Of a DNA stretch of 64,000 nucleotides, positions 56,248 through 64,000 are shown one piece after another (the first letter of the stretch is position 1; each line of letters opens with the position of its first letter). The notes below the pieces were generated by a model. It was not told the origin of the DNA, made no database searches, and worked only from the letters and a program-made list of their open reading frames with translations. Both the position numbers and the translations under genes were made by a program. Origin of the DNA: Planctomycetota bacterium (GTDB lineage Bacteria; Planctomycetota; UBA8108; SXIK01); assembly GCA_965223265.1 (NCBI GenBank), contig OZ244999.1, forward strand, positions 3,936,001 to 4,000,000, given 5' to 3'.

Positions 56248-56557
56248 ATTGAACTCCTCACTGGACGCGGTCCGCGCCTAAGGTGCCGGTGCGAGGCGAC
56301 GAGGAACGTCGTAGCCATCATCACGGCCGAAAGGCGAGTCATTTTACCGCCCGCGGTGACGGATCGAAAGGAACAACTCCACCCACGTAAGGAATAAAAA
56401 GGATCAAACAAGATCAAACAGTATGTTACAACAAAATCCTCCGATACAGCGGTCAAGCGCGCCTCGTTGCCTCGAAAAAAGCCGAGCCAGGGCTCCGCCT
56501 AGCGTCGTCCCCACAAGGACTGCCGTCAACCAGCACGCGGACGGATTCATCCGGTCT

Positions 56558-57946
56558 CTACGCGATGAAGTCCGCCTCGTCGTCGTAACGCGAGAGATTC
56601 TCGAAGCGCATGATGTGGTTTCGGAAAACGAGCTGAACGCTTCCCGTGGGGCCGTTACGCTGCTTCGCCACGATCACCTCCGCTTTGCCGCGAGCCTCCT
56701 CCTTTTCTGGTTTGTAGTACTCCTCTCGATAGAGCAGAAGCACCAAGTCGGCGTCCTGCTCAATGGCGCCCGACTCACGCAGATCCGACAGACGGGGCCG
56801 GTGGGACTCCCGCGTCTCAACGCCGCGGCTCAACTGCGACAACGCGATCACCGGCACCTGTAGCTCACGGCCCAAGGCCTTCAGGCTCCGAGACACGGCC
56901 GCAATTTCCTGCTGGCGGCTCTCCGAACCGCCGCCAAGCTCCATGAGTTGTAGGTAGTCGATCACGATCATGTCGATCGGCGAGCGAGCGTGAAGACGCC
57001 GCGCTTTGGCCTTTAGGGAGAGCGGCGTCGTCCCGGCCGAGTCGTCGATATAGATCGGCAGGTCACGCAGCCCTGCCGCGCCGCTAATCAGCCCCTTCCA
57101 CTGATTGCTGTCGAGGCTCCGTTGGCGCGTCGCGTGCGCATCGACCTTGGAGTACGTGCAGAGAAGGTTCTGCACGAGCTGCTCTTTGCTGACTTCGAGG
57201 CTGAAGATCGCGACGCGCTTTCCTTCACGCGCCGCCGCTTCCACAAGGTTCATCGCGAAGCTGGTCTTCCCCATGCTGGGACGCCCCGCGACAATGATGA
57301 ACTCCGCCGGCCGAAAACCCGACGTCATGGTGTCCAGATCGTGGAAGCCCGACAGGATGCTGTCATTGTCAGGGCTCTTGCGGTCGAGGTGCTCGAAATA
57401 CTCGTCAACGAGACGACCGACGTCGATGAAATCGGGACCAACACCCGACTCGCCGATGCGAAAAATGACCTCTTCGGCCCGGTCCAACTGGTCACGCGGC
57501 GGGTGAGCCGACTCGTAGACGTCCTGAATCACGCCGCTACAGCTCGCGACCAAGGCGCGCAAGATCCCTTTGTCACGCACCACCCCAGCATAGTAGTCAA
57601 CGTTCGCGACCGTGGGAACGCGCTCAACGAGTTTGGCGAGCGTCTCCATTCCACCAAGACTCTCCGCCAGCCCACGCCGTTCCATCTCAGCGATGACCAT
57701 GACTTCATCGAGTGCGGCGTGATGATCATAGAGATCGCGAAACAGGCCGAAGAGCTGCGCGTGGCGCGGGCTATAGAAATCTTCGTCCCGCAGAATCTGG
57801 AGCGCACTTGCTGCAGCGTGCACATCAACCAAAAGCGCCCCGAGTACGCTCTCCTCCGCCTCGAGGTTGTGCGGCAACTGTCGTTCGCTCGGGACGGCGC
57901 CGGACGACGTCGGCCTAGCTCGCTTTTCGATCACCTGACTCTCCAC
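56558..57946 (-). CDS. dnaB: Replicative DNA helicase
   Basis: PHNLEAEESVLG, AGRPSMGKT, FSLE, IDYLQLM, LSQLSR, SDLRESGAIEQDAD, KQRNGPTG. No intein. Confidence 0.98.
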   Translation of the reverse strand: MESQVIEKRARPTSSGAVPSERQLPHNLEAEESVLGALLVDVHAAASALQILRDEDFYSPRHAQLFGLFRDLYDHHAALDEVMVIAEMERRGLAESLGGMETLAKLVERVPTVANVDYYAGVVRDKGILRALVASCSGVIQDVYESAHPPRDQLDRAEEVIFRIGESGVGPDFIDVGRLVDEYFEHLDRKSPDNDSILSGFHDLDTMTSGFRPAEFIIVAGRPSMGKTSFAMNLVEAAAREGKRVAIFSLEVSKEQLVQNLLCTYSKVDAHATRQRSLDSNQWKGLISGAAGLRDLPIYIDDSAGTTPLSLKAKARRLHARSPIDMIVIDYLQLMELGGGSESRQQEIAAVSRSLKALGRELQVPVIALSQLSRGVETRESHRPRLSDLRESGAIEQDADLVLLLYREEYYKPEKEEARGKAEVIVAKQRNGPTGSVQLVFRNHIMRFENLSRYDDEADFIA

Positions 57947-58164
57947 CTCTCGTCACGGTACCGGTCGAGACCGCTCGGCGTCACTCGCGGCGCGTCAATT
58001 CATCCAGCAACCGCGCGTTACTGCGCTCGCCGGCCAGAAATCGCGCGGCTGACGACAAGGCTCGCTCCCTTGAAGTCAGTCACTCGCGGTCATATGGCAA
58101 ACGCCGTAGCGGTCAGCCCTCCTCAGCAGACGTTCGTTCGGCCGGCACTGCCCACGCAGTGCCG

Positions 58165-58692
58165 TCACTCATCGTCGATCTCGTCCGTCGTCTCGCCTTC
58201 GGCAGCATCAGCCTCCTCGAACGCACGACGACGACTCTCATCACTGTCGTCCCCTTTGACGACCCACACCTTGGCCTCGCACTCGACTTCTGAATGTAGC
58301 CGGACACGAACCTTGTAGATTCCAAGCCGCTTGATCGGTTCGTCAAGGAGGATACAACGAGGGTCGACTTCCAGGTTTTCGTTCAAGAAATTCTGCGCGA
58401 TGTCGCGCGCGGTCACCGAGCCGTACAGGTGGCCTTCTTCCGTTGAGTTCGCGATGATCGTGCAAGAGGCCTTTTCGAGCTCTTCCGCCAAAAGCTGCAG
58501 TTTCTGAATCGTCTCTTGCTCTTCGGCAATCAAACGCCGCTTCATGACCTCGAAGCGGTGGAGGTTGTCTTTCGTCACTTCGACAGCCAAGCCCTCGGGC
58601 AGCAGGTAGTTGCGGCCGTAGCCGTCGGCCACGTCAACGACCTCGCCCAGCTTGCCTAGGTGATCCACGTTGCGCTGTAAAAGTAGCTTCAT
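58165..58692 (-). CDS. rplI: 50S ribosomal protein L9
   Basis: LGKLGEVVDVADGYGRNYLLP, LYGSVT, PIKRLG. Acidic tail. Confidence 0.97.
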   Translation of the reverse strand: MKLLLQRNVDHLGKLGEVVDVADGYGRNYLLPEGLAVEVTKDNLHRFEVMKRRLIAEEQETIQKLQLLAEELEKASCTIIANSTEEGHLYGSVTARDIAQNFLNENLEVDPRCILLDEPIKRLGIYKVRVRLHSEVECEAKVWVVKGDDSDESRRRAFEEADAAEGETTDEIDDE

Positions 58693-58789
58693 CCTGCGAC
58701 GACTCCTGTGGTGCTGAAACCCGGGATTTTAGCGCTGGAAGTCACAAAAAGAAACCTCCCTGTCGGCCTGGGAACGCCCACTCGAGACG

Positions 58790-59254
58790 TTAGAACGGTA
58801 TGTCGCTGTCGTCGATTCCGACCGGACCCGGAGCTGGTTCGGACACGCTGCGGGTGACCCCGCCGTGCGAAGGCTCAGGTTGAGGGTACTCGCTGCCGTA
58901 GTCTCGATCGCCGCCTGCGCGCCCACCGGAACGCTCGCCAAGAAATTGAAAATTGTCCCCGACGACCTTCAGCCGTGAACGCTTCTGGCCGTCCTGCTCC
59001 CACGTGTCGAGAGTCAGGCGCCCCTCGACAAACAGCGGCGAACCTTTCTTCAAATACTCACAGAGCACCTCCGCCTGGCGGCGCCAAAACGTCACGTCGA
59101 CGAAGGTCGTGTCCTTCCGGCGTTCGTTGTTGACGCTGTACTCGCGATTCACGGCCAGACCGACGTCCGTCACCGCGGTTCCCTGTGGCGTGTAGCGCAG
59201 CTCCGGATCGCGCGTCAACCGGCCCATCAGCATCACTTTGTTGAAATTCGACAT
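58790..59254 (-). CDS. ssb: Single-stranded DNA-binding protein
   Basis: NKVMLMGRLTRDPELRYT, YLKKGS..FVEGRL, C-terminal DDSDIPF. GGAGGAGG SD. Confidence 0.98.
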   Translation of the reverse strand: MSNFNKVMLMGRLTRDPELRYTPQGTAVTDVGLAVNREYSVNNERRKDTTFVDVTFWRRQAEVLCEYLKKGSPLFVEGRLTLDTWEQDGQKRSRLKVVGDNFQFLGERSGGRAGGDRDYGSEYPQPEPSHGGVTRSVSEPAPGPVGIDDSDIPF

Positions 59255-59602
59255 ATCGATACCTCCTCCGAGTCTCTTCCATATCCTTCGAGCGCCACAA
59301 CTTCGCCACCCCTCCCGAGCATCTCGCCGGAGCACCGTTGAGGCAAAGCCCTCGAGTGCAGCGCCGTGCAAGTCAACACGGCTTGATCGGCCGGCCAGAA
59401 ATCATTTCGCGGGGGCCCCCATCGACCCGCGCGAACGCCTGCCACTGAGCATAGCAGTCTCGGCGCCAACTTCCACTGTCGATTCGCTGCGTCGTGCGCA
59501 TCGGCACACGTGCCGTGCACAGCTCAGCGCAAAGTGCCTCGGCGGCCGTCAGTCGGTCGAATGGACGCTCTTTCCCCAGACCCGCTTCTCACGTAGGGGA
59601 TA

Positions 59603-60139
59603 TTAGGAGCCGACGGTGTTCTCCGGCGCCGCAGCCGCTGGCTCGGTCGCCGTCAGATCGCCGCTGGCTCGGTCGCCGGCCGGCACCGCCGCCGCGGTCG
59701 ACTCACCGGTCGGAACCGCAGCCGCATCCGTCGTCGCAGCGCCCGTTGCAGAGGCGGTCGTCGCGGCTTCCGTCGTCGTAGCGGCCGACTCAGAAGCCTC
59801 CGCGCTCGCCGCGGCCTCGGCATCCTGTCGCCGCTCGCACTCCTCGGCGAGTGCCTCGTCGAAAACGATCAGCACACGCATGACGCGATCTGAAAGCGTG
59901 CAGTCACGCTTGAGCGGCTCGATCGATTCCGGTGGCGCATTGAAATAGGTCAGGTAATAGGAGCCCTTACGGCACCCACGGATCTCATAGGAAAGACGTC
60001 GGTCGGGCCACCGCTCAGAGTAGACCAACTCAGCTTGGTGGCGCTCAAGGAGCTCTTGAACATGCCGCTCGAGCCCCGGCCAGTCACGACTCGCCAGGTT
60101 GGCGTCGAACAGAAAAAGTCCTTCGTAAAGCCTCGTCAA
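59603..60139 (-). CDS. rpsF: 30S ribosomal protein S6 with long Ala/Thr/Glu-rich tail
   Basis: RLYEGLFLFD, W.DRRLSYEI...KGSYYLTYF, VMRVLI. TTG start with GGAGG SD. Confidence 0.92.
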   Translation of the reverse strand: MTRLYEGLFLFDANLASRDWPGLERHVQELLERHQAELVYSERWPDRRLSYEIRGCRKGSYYLTYFNAPPESIEPLKRDCTLSDRVMRVLIVFDEALAEECERRQDAEAAASAEASESAATTTEAATTASATGAATTDAAAVPTGESTAAAVPAGDRASGDLTATEPAAAAPENTVGS

Positions 60140-60224
60140 CGACTGCGTCCTCCATCTGAAATCGCGTAAACCGCGCTGGAGACCCCCACCTGATGAGCTC
60201 CAGGCTTTGACCGTAGAGGCCACT

Positions 60225-60253
60225 ACCATAGCTCGCAGAGCGCGGCGCTTCAA
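60225..60253 (-). promoter_or_regulatory. Putative sigma70 promoter of rpsF
   Basis: TTGAAG-N17-TATGGT. Confidence 0.5.
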
Positions 60254-60274
60254 CCGGGAACCAAAATTCCGTCA

Positions 60275-60898
60275 CTATTCTTCGTCCACGGCCGGCCCGC
60301 CGGCTGGAGGCGGCGCGTTGTATCGGTTGGCGCAGGCTGCAACGCCCTCCGCAACCCACGTCTCCACGCTCTCGGCGGCGATCTCCGCGATGTCCGCCAA
60401 GGCGGTTTTCTCGTCTTGCGACAGCGACTCGAGAACGTAATCCGCCGCTTCGTGCCGCTCGTCGCGCCCGATGCCGACCTTGAGACGGCTAAATCGCTCG
60501 CAATTGAGCTCTTGAATGATCGACGCCACTCCCCGATGGCCGCCCGCCGAGCCGCGCTGCCGATAGCGCAGCCTCCCGGTCGGCAGATCCAGATCGTCGT
60601 AGATCACCAGAAGCTGGTCGGTCAAATCCGGCTTTGCCTCGTCGCGCGGCACGAGGCGGTGAAAGTGGACGAGATCGCGGACAGCATGACCGCTGAGATT
60701 CATGTACGTTTGCGGCTTGAGCAACAAAACACGCGTCCCGCCGACATTGACCTGGCGCAGCTCACTGCGGAATTTTTTCCGCCCGCGCTCGGCACCGACG
60801 CGTCGCGCATAGGCGTCCACGACCATGAATCCGAGATTGTGACGCGTCGGTGCGTACTTGGGGCCTGGATTTCCCAGGCCCACGATCACCTTCAACAC
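60275..60898 (-). CDS. pth: Peptidyl-tRNA hydrolase
   Basis: IVGLGNPG..Y..TRHNLGF, KPQTYMNLSG, YDDLDLP, GSAGGHRG, RLKVGIG. Confidence 0.97.
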   Translation of the reverse strand: MLKVIVGLGNPGPKYAPTRHNLGFMVVDAYARRVGAERGRKKFRSELRQVNVGGTRVLLLKPQTYMNLSGHAVRDLVHFHRLVPRDEAKPDLTDQLLVIYDDLDLPTGRLRYRQRGSAGGHRGVASIIQELNCERFSRLKVGIGRDERHEAADYVLESLSQDEKTALADIAEIAAESVETWVAEGVAACANRYNAPPPAGGPAVDEE

Positions 60899-60927
60899 TC
60901 AACGACTCGCGTGAATCAGCCTCAAGC

Positions 60928-61569
60928 TCAGCTGCTACCGTCGGCCTCGTCGTCAGCAGCCTTCTTGCGGATCACCTCCGGCTCGGTCGGCGATGGCTCC
61001 TCGCCTTCCGTCGGTTCAGCTTCCGCATGCGGCTCAGAAATCGACAGGACGACCAGCTCAGGATCTTCGACGTACTCGCACTCCGGGACGGGCGGCAGGT
61101 CGCCGATGCGAAAAATCGCCCCCAAATCGAGAGGCTCGATATTGACCTGAACCGACTCCGGCACCTTGTCGGGCAGCCCCCGCACCAGGACCTCCTTACG
61201 CGGAAAGTCCATGACACCACCCGAGCTCACGCCTTTAGCCACACCGATCAAATCGATGGAGACCTCCATCTGAATTTGCTCATCGGCGCTGATGCGGGCG
61301 AAGTCGACGTGGATAATGTTGGAGCCAAAAGCGTCGTACTGAACGTCCTTGACGAGGCTCTTCTCCGAAACACCGTCGACCTTGACGGAAAGCACCCGGT
61401 GCCCGGCCTCCAGAAAACGCGTGAACTCTTTCGTGTCGAGCGTTAGATGCGCGTTCTCCTCCTTGTGCCCATAGAGAACCGCCGGCAGTTTACCGCGACT
61501 CCGCAAGCGCTTCGTGGAGCGTGAACCAAACTCGCTCCGCACCTCAGCTTCGAGAACAAACTCTTCCAT
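60928..61569 (-). CDS. rplY: 50S ribosomal protein L25/Ctc
   Basis: RLRSRGKLPAVLYG, VKDVQYD, IHVDF, GVAKGVSSGG, EPEVIRK. Confidence 0.96.
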   Translation of the reverse strand: MEEFVLEAEVRSEFGSRSTKRLRSRGKLPAVLYGHKEENAHLTLDTKEFTRFLEAGHRVLSVKVDGVSEKSLVKDVQYDAFGSNIIHVDFARISADEQIQMEVSIDLIGVAKGVSSGGVMDFPRKEVLVRGLPDKVPESVQVNIEPLDLGAIFRIGDLPPVPECEYVEDPELVVLSISEPHAEAEPTEGEEPSPTEPEVIRKKAADDEADGSS

Positions 61570-61788
61570 CGTCAGCGACTCCTGAACGTCGTGTTCCGCC
61601 GCGTGCGCAGTGTCGCGGCGGAGGGACTCATGTCACGCAGATCGGTTGTGCCTCTGGCCTTCGCGGTTCACGCACGCGGGGCCACCGCAGGTCGCCACGA
61701 GCGATCTCGCGGCGCCGACTGCGAAGCCGCCTATCTTACGGCGCGGGCGCCGACGTCTCAACGCCTGCGATGAAGAATTCTCCGCCCG

Positions 61789-63108
61789 TCACTCCGCGCT
61801 CTTGTCATGAGCACGGCTGGGCGCCGCCTCGGTCTCTGGCGCTGGCTTGATCGCGCGCGCGGGGACGCCAACAACGACACCGCCGTCCGCGACATCTCGG
61901 CCGCGCAGAACCACGGCGCCGGCACCCGTCGCCGCCGCTTCCCCTACCACGACGGGTGCCACCAGGATCGTCCCACTACCGATGAACGCGCGGTCCCTCA
62001 CGGTCGTGGCGCTCTTCGTCTTGCCGTCGTAATTGGCGAAGATGGTTCCCGCGCCTATGTTGACGCCGTCGCCGACGGCTGCGTCGCCAACATAGGTGAG
62101 GTGAGGCACCTTGCTCCCCTCCCCGACCGTCGACTTCTTGATCTCAACAAAATTCCCCACCTTGACCGCGGCGGCGAGTTCCGTGCCGGGTCGCAGATGG
62201 CAGAAGGGCCCGATCTGGCACCGAGGCCCGATCTCGACGCCACGTTCGATATGGGTCATCGGATGAATCGTCGTGTCACGGCCGATTTGAACGTCCACTT
62301 CGATGTAGGTGGTCGCGGGATCAACGATCGTCACTCCCGCCTCCATGTACGCGGTCGCCAGACGTTCCCGGAGAATCGCCGCGGCGGCTGCGAGCTCAAC
62401 TCGGCTGTTCACCTGGGCGATCTCAGCCGTGTCGGAGACCTCGTGAGTCGCGACCCGACGACCGGCGGCCGCAGCTTTGCTGACGACGTCAGTGAGGTAA
62501 AATTCGTCCTGGGCGTTCTCGCGATCTAGCTGCGCGTAGAACTCGTCGAAGACCGCGGCGCGAATGAGGTACGTGCCCACGTTGATCTCACGACTCGCTC
62601 GCGTCGCGTCATCAGCGTCTCGCTCCTCGACAATGCCTGCGAACCGACCCGATCCGTCACGCACGATGCGGCCGTAGCCGGAGGGATCCTCCTTGTCGCA
62701 CGTCAGGAGTGCTAGATCCGCCTGGTCGCGCTCAAATCTCGCCACCAGCCCGCGCACCGTGTCGACTCTCAGCAGCGGCAAATCGCCGTTGAGAATGAGC
62801 AAAGCCGCGTCGTCGCTGATCTTTTCGCGACAGGCCTCTAGACCAACCGACGCGGCGTGTCCGGTCCCCAGTTGCGGCTCCTGAACGGCCCACGTTACCT
62901 GCTCCTGCTCAAACGCAGCCTCGATCGCCTCGCGGCCATAACCGACGACGACAACTTGGTGCTGCTCGACGCCGTCCAGCGCCGCACGGCTGGTACGGAG
63001 GACGTGCTCCAAGAGCGGCGCGCCAAGAAGCGGATGGAGAACTTTAGGGACATCCGAAGACATGCGGGTGCCTTTGCCCGCAGCCAGGATGATCGACACA
63101 ATCTTCAT
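61789..63108 (-). CDS. glmU: Bifunctional UDP-GlcNAc pyrophosphorylase / glucosamine-1-P acetyltransferase
   Basis: ILAAGKGTRM..PKVLH, QLGTGHA, GYGRIVR, EFYLTD, GNFVEIK, HLTYVGDA, NIGAGTI.ANYDG. Start ATG 63108. Confidence 0.96.
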   Translation of the reverse strand: MKIVSIILAAGKGTRMSSDVPKVLHPLLGAPLLEHVLRTSRAALDGVEQHQVVVVGYGREAIEAAFEQEQVTWAVQEPQLGTGHAASVGLEACREKISDDAALLILNGDLPLLRVDTVRGLVARFERDQADLALLTCDKEDPSGYGRIVRDGSGRFAGIVEERDADDATRASREINVGTYLIRAAVFDEFYAQLDRENAQDEFYLTDVVSKAAAAGRRVATHEVSDTAEIAQVNSRVELAAAAAILRERLATAYMEAGVTIVDPATTYIEVDVQIGRDTTIHPMTHIERGVEIGPRCQIGPFCHLRPGTELAAAVKVGNFVEIKKSTVGEGSKVPHLTYVGDAAVGDGVNIGAGTIFANYDGKTKSATTVRDRAFIGSGTILVAPVVVGEAAATGAGAVVLRGRDVADGGVVVGVPARAIKPAPETEAAPSRAHDKSAE

Positions 63109-63256
63109 ACTGTGACTCCGTGTCGTCGGTGAGCAGACCCCTCGAAGACGACTTCGGTCGATGGTCAGCGAGTTCTGCAGTGAAAGGCAGTCGTCAGACT
63201 CTCGAAGTCGGCGCGGTGGAGCGATTGCCCACACTCTTCGGGCAGCGCGATAAAAA

Positions 63257-63331
63257 TGGTTACCCGGTGAGGACTCGAACCTCAAATAGGTGGACCAAAA
63301 CCACCTGTGTTGCCAATTACACCACCGGGTA
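63257..63331 (-). tRNA. tRNA-Gln(TTG)
   Basis: TACCCGGTGGTGTAATTGGCAACACAGGTGGTT-TTG-GTCCACC..GGTTCGAGTCCTCACCGGGTAACCA. CCA encoded. Confidence 0.97.
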
Positions 63332-63438
63332 ACTTCGGAGCTCCACGCTGCGGCGCAGTATAACCGAACGCAGCGCCGATGGGGCGTTCGAAAAACGAAG
63401 CCACTGCCGTGACTCAAGCGATCTCGGCAGCGGTCGAC

Positions 63439-63999
63439 TCAAGAAAGCAGTTGTTCGACGACGAGACGCGACCACGTCTCAAGTTGTCCTCCCAGCCCCT
63501 GCAGATCCGAACGGGGGACGAAGCTTCCCTCGAGAACCTCCGTCTCAGCGACTCGCACGGTAGGATGTGCCAACAGCAGCCGGTAGACGACACCAAGATG
63601 CACCCGGCCAACGGCATTCGAATCGTCATTGAGCACGCCGATCCGCTGACGCTCGAACGTGCCTTGAATGCAAACCTCTTCGCGGAGCTCGCGGGTCAGC
63701 CCGAGCTCCACGGCTGCAGTCAGGTCCTCGCCCGGGGCGTGGTCCTGAGGCTCGACATGTCCGCCAACACCGATCGAATACAAACCGTGGAGGCGCTGCT
63801 CGCCGCCAGCACGTCGCCGCTGCATCAAGAACACCTCGTCGCCAAAGGCGACGATGCAATAAGGAATGATCTGCTTGAAATCGGGGTCGTCCTCTGCGGA
63901 TTCTCGGTCCATGAAGAATCCGAACTCATCGATCACCTGAAAGAACTCGTCCAGCGTGTCGACGCGGAGCCCCGACGGCAGCGAGCCGACCCGTTCGAG
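63439..63999 (-). CDS. NUDIX-family predicted phosphoesterase (5'-truncated by window edge)
   Basis: R..AEDDPDFKQIIPY, GGEQRLHGLYSIGVGGHV, RELREEV, NDDSNAVGRVHLG, LETWS. The frame stays open to the window end. Confidence 0.85.
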   Translation of the reverse strand, partial: LERVGSLPSGLRVDTLDEFFQVIDEFGFFMDRESAEDDPDFKQIIPYCIVAFGDEVFLMQRRRAGGEQRLHGLYSIGVGGHVEPQDHAPGEDLTAAVELGLTRELREEVCIQGTFERQRIGVLNDDSNAVGRVHLGVVYRLLLAHPTVRVAETEVLEGSFVPRSDLQGLGGQLETWSRLVVEQLLS

Positions 64000-64000
64000 G

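Noticed and set aside
56558-57946. Intein in DnaB
   Set aside because: The length (462 aa) and motif spacing are canonical.
63109-63417. N-terminal extension of the glmU ORF
   Set aside because: It overlaps tRNA-Gln. GlmU homology starts at ATG 63108.

Overview
High-GC bacterial chromosomal window of mostly core genes. It is most likely from a deep-branching Planctomycetota lineage, inferred from the double-length UvrA, AroD-AroE and LpxC-FabZ fusions, the pth-rpsF-ssb-rplI-dnaB order without rpsR, a planctomycete-type C-terminal dockerin-like domain and many HEAT-repeat lipoproteins. From left to right it holds: partial mreC (missed by the ORF track), mreB, a membrane-anchored hyper-acidic repeat protein, a coiled-coil protein, a degenerate moeA, riboflavin synthase, a PHP phosphoesterase, aroDE, a TRL-like lipoprotein, an esterase, an envelope/lipoprotein cluster, a GHL10 hydrolase, mlaD, an M14 peptidase, double uvrA, ddl, a polyprenyl synthase, a cohesin-cohesin-dockerin-like secreted protein, dapB, mazG-moxR, prkA, an FHA-GAF sigma54 activator, lat and gcdH (lysine catabolism), tRNA-Glu and tRNA-Lys, frr-pyrH-rpsB (no tsf), lipid A genes, dnaB, ribosomal protein genes, glmU, tRNA-Gln and a partial NUDIX gene. 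I saw no mobile element, prophage or CRISPR array. The best leads for new biology are four: (1) a scaffoldin-like cohesin x2 + dockerin protein; (2) the coiled-coil/acidic-repeat pair upstream of mreBC; (3) two large structured intergenic regions that look like unannotated ncRNAs, one with a sigma28-like promoter and terminator and one carrying a copy of the 16S anti-SD sequence; (4) a MazG-MoxR / PrkA / FHA-sigma54 neighbourhood that lacks the usual partner genes. All family calls come from motif recognition by eye; no database search was run.
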